64,000 nt of DNA from an uncultured bacterium (lineage in GTDB: Bacteria; Babelota; Babeliae; Babelales; Babelaceae), in the NCBI GenBank assembly GCA_963713855.1, contig OY970209.1, positions 64,001 through 128,000 of the forward strand, written 5' to 3'. The notes beneath the pieces are model-generated. The model was not told where the DNA came from. It searched no databases and saw only the letters and a list, made by a program, of their open reading frames with translations. Shown piece by piece: positions 54,409-64,000 of the stretch (position 1 is the first letter of the stretch; each line of letters opens with the position of its first letter). The translations under genes were made by a program, and so were the position numbers.

Positions 54409-56646
54409 ATGAAAAAACTACTTATAGTTGAGTCGCCTGCCAAAATTAAAACCATAAGCAAGTTTTTGGGCAGAGACTTTAAAATTTTATCTACTGTTGG
54501 GCACGTTAAGGACCTACCACAAAAAAAGCTCGGTGTAACCGTAAACGGTGGCGTCAAAATTGATTATGTCGTTCTTGAAAAGAAGGACAAGGTGCTCCAG
54601 GAAATTTGCAAAGAAGCATCTAAAGCGGCGGAAGTATTTTTAGCGCCAGACCCTGATCGCGAAGGCGAGATCATTGCCTGGCACGTCGAGCAAGAAATAA
54701 AACATTGTGCATTCTAAAGTACCAGCCATTTACCGCATTACCTTTAACGAAATTACAAAACCCGCAATAGAAGAGGCGCTAACGCATCCGACCGATGTAG
54801 ACCTTAATAAAGTTGCAGCGCAGCAGGCACGTCGCATTTTAGACCGCTGGGTAGGCTACGAGGTATCGCCCATCCTCTGGCGTAAAATAAGCAAAGGTCT
54901 TTCAGCCGGCCGTGTACAATCAGTTGCACTACGGCTTATTTGTGACCGAGAAGATGCAATACGCATCTTTAAGCCCGAGGAATACTGGACCATCGAAGGA
55001 CGTCTTTAATGCCGAAGGCACCCCACTAACAGCTTCGCTTACTCATAAGAACAAGAAAAAAATTGAGCTTCCTTCAGAAAAAGAAGTAAAAAAGATCGTA
55101 GCCGACCTTGATGCACAATCGTCATTTACAGTAACCACTATTAAAGATACTAAAAGAGCAAAAAATGCAGCTCCACCATTTATGACGAGTACGTTACAAC
55201 AAGCTGCTTACAATCAGCTTGGTTTTTCTGTCGAAAAAACGATGATGGTTGCTCAACGTCTTTACGAAGGTATACCCCTTGAGGACGCCCAAACTCCAGT
55301 CGCCCTTATTACGTATATGCGTACCGACTCACTACGTATAGCGGATACAGCTCTTAAAGCTGCCCGAGGCTACATACAAGAGGCCTACGGAGCTGATTAT
55401 CTACCGGCAAAGGCACTCGTATATAGTAAAGCGGGTGGACAGGACGCGCATGAAGCGATTCGCCCAATTGCTGTAGCCGTGACACCAAACGAGGTTGCTT
55501 CGTACCTTGACAAAGATAGTATGAGACTTTACGAGCTTATTTGGAAACGCTTTGTTGCGTCTCAAATGAAACCGGCGCAGTATGCTCAAAGGCAAGTTAC
55601 CATAGACGGCGGACCTTACACTTTTAAAATTACTGGCTCGACACTTCTTTTTGATGGATTTTTGCGCGTCTACGCCGAGCAGGACGACGAGTCAGAAAAA
55701 GAGCAAAAGGTCGTTATACCCGCTCATTTACGTGAAAAGATGCCACTTACCTTAAAAAAACTATTACCAAAACAACATTTTACAGAACCTCCGCCACGGT
55801 ACACACAAGCATCACTTGTTAAAGAGCTTGAAAAAGAGGGGATTGGTAGGCCAAGCACCTATGCTACGATTTTAAAAACAATCCAAGCTCGTGCGTATAC
55901 GCAATTAGATGCAAAAAAACGCTTTGTGCCCACAGAGCTTGGTATGATTGTAACAAAGCTTCTTGTTGAAAATTTACCCCATATCATGGACACCAAGTTT
56001 ACTGCTTACATGGAAGAAGAGCTCGATGCTATAGCGCGTGGAGCTTTGGAGCGTGATGCTGTCTTAAAAACCTTTTACGGTGATTTTTCAAAAAACGTAG
56101 CAACATTTGCAGGCGATCAAGCAAAAAGGGCAGTTGAAGAAACAACAATCGCATGCCCAGGTTGCAAAGAGGGCACCCTTTTAGTCAGGTTTGGAAAAGC
56201 AGGGCCTTTCGTCGGCTGCAACGCATTCCCGGCATGTACATTTACCAGTAAATTTACAAGGACTCCTGAAGGACAAGTCATCTTGCAGGAATCTGAGCCA
56301 CCAAAAATGCTCTCAGAAGCGTGTCCTACGTGTAAAAGCCCTCTTCGCGAAGTTCACGGCAAATTTGGGCCTTTTATAGCATGTTCTGGGTATCCTAACT
56401 GTAAATACATTAAGCCAAAAACAGCATCTTTTGCCTGTCCATCCTGCAAAGGAAATGTAGTAAAACGCATGGGTAAAGGTAAAACTTTTTGGGGTTGTTC
56501 TCAATATCCTAGCTGTACCTTTACGATAGGCGGAGACATAGAAGAGACACCATGCCCAAAATGCAAAAGCCCCTACCTACTAAGACGTTCAACGAAATGG
56601 TCAGGATATACGCTTAATTGCCCTACCGCCGGATGCGAATACATGC

Positions 56647-56669
<23 letters not shown>
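54409..56669 (+). CDS. topA: DNA topoisomerase I, two apparent frameshifts (~54700, ~55000)
   Basis: [45 protein letters not shown]-terminal zinc ribbons over three ORFs. Confidence 0.93.
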
Positions 56670-58589
<1,920 letters not shown>

Positions 58590-59696
58590 TTAGCGTGATT
58601 TAACATCGACCCATACCTGATGTAATACTTCTTCAGAAAGAATAGGGGTAAAAAAGAGCACATGTTTTTTAAATTCTTCACGTGACCTGCTTAAAAGAAA
58701 GAGGATCGCGTTTTTAATTTCATCGTCAAATTCAAGATTTTTGAGAATGTTTGTTGTCGGCAATGAGGAAAGTTCATCAAAGTGATACTTCATGACCGAA
58801 GGCGTATACAGATAATTTAGAAATTCGTATGCCGCATCCTCATTACGAGCATGGGCTGGAATTGCAAAATTCTCAATACTAATAAACGTTCCTTCTTGAG
58901 GAATCGCAAATCCCACATCTAACGAGATTTTGCGCCCACGTAAAACGTTTGAAAACTGAGTAACAACAAGTGGGCAATCCTTACTCAAAAGAAAATAATC
59001 TGGCCTAAAATCGCTGTATGCTTCAACCCACTGCTTTTGTTTTATAAGTAATTGCCTAACACCTTCAGTCTGCTCTTCATTCAAAAACGGCAAAGGCCTC
59101 TGGGTAAACCGGTACAAATGGAAAGCTGCCAAATTTACAGCTTCAACAGAGTCATTCACCATAATAATCTTAAAGGTTTTTGGGTCCTCAAAAATCCATT
59201 TCCACGAGGGATTTAAAAGAGATCCTCCAAAAAAACTTTTACTAAAGCCAAGCCCAAAAATCTCCCACATATAAGGCAAAGAGTAGTCATTAGAGGGGTC
59301 AAAATCATACCCTAAAAAAACCGGGTTAATCGTATCTAAAAAAGAAAGCCTCTTTTTATCAATAGGCTTTAATAGGTTTTCTTCCCTTAGTATTTTTACT
59401 GCATAATCAGAGGGCACTACAAGGTCATACTCTGCACTTTTACCAGCATGCAGCGAGGATAAAAGCTCTTCATTGGTCGTATAATAGCTTACATTAAGCG
59501 TTATACCCGTTTTACTTGAAAAATCCGCTATTGTTCTTTCATCGAGAATTCCCGTCCACGTAAGAACATTGAGCGTTCTACTTGCCGACCAGGACAACGG
59601 AATACGTGAAATAAAAAAGCTTCCAATAATAACAATGCTCCAACCTAGCACTATAAAGAAGGGGATAGACCAATCGAAAAACGTTGTTTTCTTCAT
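58590..59696 (-). CDS. potD: Spermidine/putrescine-binding protein
   Basis: YDLVVPSDY, DPSNDYSLPYMW, PQEG; operon context. Confidence 0.88.
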   Translation of the reverse strand: MKKTTFFDWSIPFFIVLGWSIVIIGSFFISRIPLSWSASRTLNVLTWTGILDERTIADFSSKTGITLNVSYYTTNEELLSSLHAGKSAEYDLVVPSDYAVKILREENLLKPIDKKRLSFLDTINPVFLGYDFDPSNDYSLPYMWEIFGLGFSKSFFGGSLLNPSWKWIFEDPKTFKIIMVNDSVEAVNLAAFHLYRFTQRPLPFLNEEQTEGVRQLLIKQKQWVEAYSDFRPDYFLLSKDCPLVVTQFSNVLRGRKISLDVGFAIPQEGTFISIENFAIPAHARNEDAAYEFLNYLYTPSVMKYHFDELSSLPTTNILKNLEFDDEIKNAILFLLSRSREEFKKHVLFFTPILSEEVLHQVWVDVKSR

Positions 59697-60496
59697 TAAA
59701 ATACCTTCATCCTGGCCGCTCTTGAACAGAAAAAGAGCACCAGAAGACTACTTATTACCAAAAGACATGCCGATAAAGCGTTAACTACGGGAGATACACC
59801 ATTCCTGAGCATTGAAAGAATGTACACTGGCAGTGTTTGAGAAGAGGGTCCGCTGCAAAAATAGGAAAGGACAAAATCATCAAAAGAAATAATAAAAACA
59901 AGCATACCAGCGACTAACAGTGCTGGACGTAAAAGGGGAAGCACTATTTTCACAAGCGTTTGAGCTTGCGTTGCTCCAAGGTCTAACGAGGCTTCTAAAA
60001 GCCGGTAATCTATTTCACCATACCGTACATATAAAAGAGGAACGGCATAGCCCAAACCCAAAACGGTGTGTGCCGCAATAAGTGTCATAATGCCGAGCGG
60101 GACTTTACTCAAGGTAAAAAGGCTCAAAAGTCCCACGGCAAGAACAATCTCAGGCACGATAAGGTTTGCATAAAAAAAAGTTAAGATTCTCTGCATGCGG
60201 CGATATTGAGCAGTAGCAAAAATAATTGCTATAGCCATAAAGAGGGTGATAACCGTTGTAAATGCACCTACGATTAAAGAATTGTAGAATGCTGACCACA
60301 ATTCACCGGATTCCCACCAGAGCTGTTTATACCAAAAAAAGGTAAATCCAGTCCACGGGGCCGGCAGCGCCTCTTGGTTAAAAGAAAAAACAACTAACGT
60401 TACAATAGGTACGTACAAAAATATATAGAGACAAGCAATAAAAAAGACGTTTAGTCCAGACACCATAATTGCGCGTGTGTTTATTTTAACTACCAT
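59696..60496 (-). CDS. potC: Polyamine ABC permease
   Basis: FLYVPIVTLVVFSFN, LLEASLDLGA, SFDDF. Confidence 0.9.
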   Translation of the reverse strand: MVVKINTRAIMVSGLNVFFIACLYIFLYVPIVTLVVFSFNQEALPAPWTGFTFFWYKQLWWESGELWSAFYNSLIVGAFTTVITLFMAIAIIFATAQYRRMQRILTFFYANLIVPEIVLAVGLLSLFTLSKVPLGIMTLIAAHTVLGLGYAVPLLYVRYGEIDYRLLEASLDLGATQAQTLVKIVLPLLRPALLVAGMLVFIISFDDFVLSYFCSGPSSQTLPVYILSMLRNGVSPVVNALSACLLVISSLLVLFFCSRAARMKVF

Positions 60497-60510
60497 AACA
60501 CGGTCTTTCT

Positions 60511-61365
60511 TTATAATGCTCGAGCTACTTTTCTAATTACTGGAATGAGGACTAACGCACTAAAAAGGAGCGTCAGCGAGCTTATCACGGTAAACGCTGC
60601 CCCTGCAGACATCGTTGTTCCTCCCAAAATGTAATAAGAGATCACTGAACCCACATACATTTTTTTGTCCCCGCCTAAAAGTTCGGGAATCGCAAACTCA
60701 GCAAATGAAGGAACAAAAACAAGAAAAAAACCGGACAGAATACCAGGCACCGTCACTGGTATTAACACTTTTTTAAGAGTCTGAAACCATGTAGCACCCA
60801 AGTCCAAGGAAGCCTCTATAAGCCTTAGGTCAAATTTTTCTAAAATTGAATAGAGCGGCAAGACCATAAACGGCAAATAATAATAGACGGTCATTAAGTA
60901 TACGGCGGATGTTGTATTGAGCACCTGGATCGGCTGCCTTATAAACCCGATGCTTAATAGGGTATTATTGAGTAAACCTTCGCGCTCAAGCACAAAAAAC
61001 CACGCGCAGATATGGAGCAAAAAGTTGGTCCAAAAAGGAACTATCAAAAGAAAAAGGAGAAGCAATTTAAATTTACCCGCTTTAAAAGCAATAAAATAGG
61101 CAGTTGGATACGAAATTAAAAGGCAAATCAAACCACTTGAAAAAGCAAGAAGCAATGAACGCGCGAGAATCCGAAAATAGGCCTCCCTAAAAAAGGGCTT
61201 GAATGATGCTAAAGTAAATCCCGTTTGCAGATCGGGAAAAAAGCTTAACCCAAAGACAATACAAATGGGGATCGCAAAAAAAAGAAACTGCCATAAAAGC
61301 ACCGGTGTACTTAAAAAAAGGGGCAGGTAAGGAGTTGTATAGGTTTTTAGGCGCTCCCAGCTCAT
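60511..61365 (-). CDS. potB: Polyamine ABC permease
   Basis: PFWTNFL, YLPFMVLPLY, EASLDLGA, PELLGG. Confidence 0.9.
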   Translation of the reverse strand: MSWERLKTYTTPYLPLFLSTPVLLWQFLFFAIPICIVFGLSFFPDLQTGFTLASFKPFFREAYFRILARSLLLAFSSGLICLLISYPTAYFIAFKAGKFKLLLLFLLIVPFWTNFLLHICAWFFVLEREGLLNNTLLSIGFIRQPIQVLNTTSAVYLMTVYYYLPFMVLPLYSILEKFDLRLIEASLDLGATWFQTLKKVLIPVTVPGILSGFFLVFVPSFAEFAIPELLGGDKKMYVGSVISYYILGGTTMSAGAAFTVISSLTLLFSALVLIPVIRKVARAL

Positions 61366-61368
61366 AGA

Positions 61369-62448
61369 CTACCGCTCCAACAAAACGACATTTTCTTTTT
61401 GCCAATATAAATATACTTCGTTATCGTAATCGATAACTTCCTGAGAAAAATGTTCATCATTTTGCTCAAATACCTGTAACCGTTCACCATTTTTTAAGCG
61501 CACGTTATATTGAGTGGATCTTCCATGATAAACGATGCTATCTACGGATCCACGAAGCATATTAGAAAAACCCTCTTTACGACTTTTACTAATAAGCACT
61601 TTTTCTGGTCGCAAACTCATGACAATCGAAGCGCCCTCGCGAAGCCAATCTTTTTTATGAGTGAGGTCGATGTTAAACGAGCCCAAGTCTCCCACTTCAA
61701 GTGTACCATCACGTACTACGCCTTTGAGTATGTTAGTGCTTCCAACAAAACGTGCAACAAACGAGCTTATAGGAAACTCATAGATTTCTTTAGGAGTTCC
61801 AACTTGCTCAATCTCGCCATCAGCATTCATGATCGCCATTTGATCAGCAACCGTCAATGCTTCAAATTGGTCGTGCGTTACGTAAACGAATGTTGTTTTA
61901 AGCTTGTCTTGAAGATCAATCAGCTCAATAAGCACTTTTTCACGTAGCTTTACGTCAAGCGCTGCAAGCGGCTCATCTAAAAGCAATACCTCAGGCTCAT
62001 TAATAATAGCACGCGCTAAAGCGACGCGCTGTTGCTGACCACCCGAAAGTTGCTGAATAGATTTATACATCTGAGTCTGAAGATTTACTGAGGTTAATAT
62101 TTTTTCTACTTTCTCTTTAATCAAGAAAGCGGGAACCCCTTTTATCACCTGACTGTAGGCAACGTTTTCGTACACGTTAAGATGAGGAAAAAGAGCATAG
62201 CTCTGGAATACGGTATTGACTCGTCGCTGATTTATAGGCTTATCGGTAATTTCTTCATCACCTATATAAATCTTGCCAGAGTCGACTTTTTCAAAACCAC
62301 CTATAAGACGCAACAAAGTTGTTTTGCCACTTCCGCTTGGACCTAAAAGTGCAAAAAATTTACCCCCCGGAATAGTCAGGCTTAAGTTTTGAAGAATAAC
62401 TTCATCATGATAACTTTTGGTAACTTTTTCAATGCGTATGCTTTTCAT
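61369..62448 (-). CDS. potA: Polyamine ABC ATP-binding protein
   Basis: GPSGSGKT, VFQSYALFPHL, LSGGQQQRVALAR, LLLDEP, TOBE-like tail. Confidence 0.92.
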   Translation of the reverse strand: MKSIRIEKVTKSYHDEVILQNLSLTIPGGKFFALLGPSGSGKTTLLRLIGGFEKVDSGKIYIGDEEITDKPINQRRVNTVFQSYALFPHLNVYENVAYSQVIKGVPAFLIKEKVEKILTSVNLQTQMYKSIQQLSGGQQQRVALARAIINEPEVLLLDEPLAALDVKLREKVLIELIDLQDKLKTTFVYVTHDQFEALTVADQMAIMNADGEIEQVGTPKEIYEFPISSFVARFVGSTNILKGVVRDGTLEVGDLGSFNIDLTHKKDWLREGASIVMSLRPEKVLISKSRKEGFSNMLRGSVDSIVYHGRSTQYNVRLKNGERLQVFEQNDEHFSQEVIDYDNEVYLYWQKENVVLLER

Positions 62449-63139
62449 TATTCCTGTGTGCAAAATACCAAGGTACAACAACATCTGACAAAGTGCAAGG
62501 TACAACCACGGCGATTATGAGAAAAAAGAACAGTAATCCCATTGATTCATGCCAATTATTAAATCCGTACGAAACCATGTAAAAGAGCGATGCTAAAGAG
62601 CTAATGAGAATATGAACAAAATGGGAACCGAGTGAAAAAAAGCTCAAAAGCGCTTCGTGGTGAGCTCTTAACACGATACCTGTTATAAGGCCAATGGCAA
62701 GTAATGGAACAATATTATGAAGTTCTGATATAAAGCAGATATGCATAGCCATTTTAACGCCGAGAATGTTACCTGCTAATGTAGGTAACGCAACATCCGA
62801 AAGCGTACAAAAAAATGAAGGAGAAAGTATCGATAACACGATGCCACTCCAAAAAGCTTTTGAAAAGCGCGAGAAAGTAACGAATGTTCCCACGACTGCG
62901 TACACTATGTGAAGATAATGAAAAGAGTGAAAGAGAATGTGGTACCCTTGCAAAACAGCTGCTCCTCGCATTATACCCAGTCCTATAAAATGAAGAATAC
63001 TCAAAAGAATGAACCCGAAAGCTATAGAGAAGGTAGCCCAGGGCAAATGGCAGGCTATCTCCTTCAAAATCGAAGATTCATGACTTTGATGAGCATGATC
63101 GTGATAATCTTGGTCCTGTTTATTTGTACCGGAATGCAT
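62429..63139 (-). CDS. His-rich polytopic membrane protein
   Basis: HDHAHQSHE N-terminus, about 6 TM helices, duplicated CTLSDV motif. Confidence 0.7.
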   Translation of the reverse strand: MHSGTNKQDQDYHDHAHQSHESSILKEIACHLPWATFSIAFGFILLSILHFIGLGIMRGAAVLQGYHILFHSFHYLHIVYAVVGTFVTFSRFSKAFWSGIVLSILSPSFFCTLSDVALPTLAGNILGVKMAMHICFISELHNIVPLLAIGLITGIVLRAHHEALLSFFSLGSHFVHILISSLASLFYMVSYGFNNWHESMGLLFFFLIIAVVVPCTLSDVVVPWYFAHRNNEKHTH

Positions 63140-63349
63140 AAGTAGTCGCTTTTCCTGATCTATAAAAAGAAGTAAAAATCTGTCTATCTATGAATATAAA
63201 GCTTTTTTTACATAAAGCAAAAAATACAAAAAGTTAGACCTTCATCCAATTGAGCCAGGCAATAGCAAACTGTGCAACCAAAAATCAATTTTTACAAGAA
63301 CGAGTGAATATAAAGACAATAAGGGATACAGCTCATTTTGATATGCGGA

Positions 63350-63643
63350 CTAAGCTATAATACGAAAGACACCACGATAGTCTTTATCCTTTAAAAAGGG
63401 TTCAACTTCGATACTAAAGGGCTTTTTAGCTGCACCTTCCTTATACAAAAAATCAACAAAGCTTTCAATGCTATCTATTGAACCGCATGCTATTAGTCTG
63501 ACACTATCCGGCGGAACCTGGTGTAAAATCCCCTCAACGCCTAGCTTACGGGCTTGTTTTTGCAAGACCTCCACGAAAGCTTTGGTTATTTTGCCGGTGC
63601 ATATAATCCTAACACATTTTATCATACCTCTCCCTTTTGGCAT
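63350..63643 (-). CDS. Acylphosphatase-like protein
   Basis: QARKLGVEG, VRLIACGS, acylphosphatase-like size; canonical GxVQGVGFR absent. Confidence 0.55.
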   Translation of the reverse strand: MPKGRGMIKCVRIICTGKITKAFVEVLQKQARKLGVEGILHQVPPDSVRLIACGSIDSIESFVDFLYKEGAAKKPFSIEVEPFLKDKDYRGVFRIIA

Positions 63644-63761
63644 TTTAACATGCTGATGAATGAGGGTACCAAATCATTTTCGCATCTGTCAAAAGCAAAA
63701 GATATAATCCCGACGTCGGCCCCCAGAGACACTGGTTTGCCATCTTTATTTAAAAATGCCC

Positions 63762-64000
63762 TTACTTTGATGCTCCTGGCGGTAAAAATCCGCCCACTTC
63801 AGCAGGTAAACAGATTGCCCTTGATAGCCATTCTTTCAATGCTTTATTAACATCGATACCGTGATCAGCCAGAAAACCTGCCATATAAAGTACGCGTTCA
63901 AAATCAGAAGGATGCGTACTATCTTCGCCAGCAGTTATTTTATCTTCTTCTAGAGGAGTGGGAGCAGACAAGTGCATATCAGTGAGAATTGTCGAAATTT
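63762..64000 (-). CDS. 3' end of a hypothetical protein extending beyond the window
   Basis: Frame is open from the window edge to TAA at 63762. Confidence 0.4.
   Translation of the reverse strand, partial: ISTILTDMHLSAPTPLEEDKITAGEDSTHPSDFERVLYMAGFLADHGIDVNKALKEWLSRAICLPAEVGGFLPPGASK

Overview
AT-rich bacterial chromosome segment. The gene style (secreted ankyrin proteins, a histone-like protein, potABCD, a membrane-bound degenerate AAA/Fis regulator, broken ribosomal operons) suggests a protist-associated intracellular bacterium, probably Babeliae (Ca. Dependentiae/TM6); this is inference. It holds housekeeping genes (ssb, pgsA, mnmA, argS, thrS, nth, mrdA, rpsI, tadA, gyrB, tilS, dnaJ, sufS, HU, lepB, topA, metG, potABCD), three tRNAs and many secreted hypotheticals. 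The most striking observation is a ~275-310 bp non-coding multi-hairpin element present twice (1358-1666 and 32123-32397). Its stems are conserved and its loops vary, and its core lies in opposite orientation relative to two distinguishable outer arms in the two copies. Other findings: a full-length GlmS with substituted catalytic residues, a candidate -1 frameshift (A_AAA_AAG) joining an M23 peptidase to its N-terminal anchor, an ankyrin protein with an F-box-like tail, disrupted beta-propeller paralogues, and an internally deleted AAA ATPase behind 33-bp phased repeats. topA and metG are frameshifted, so indel errors in the assembly are likely and all frameshift calls need caution.
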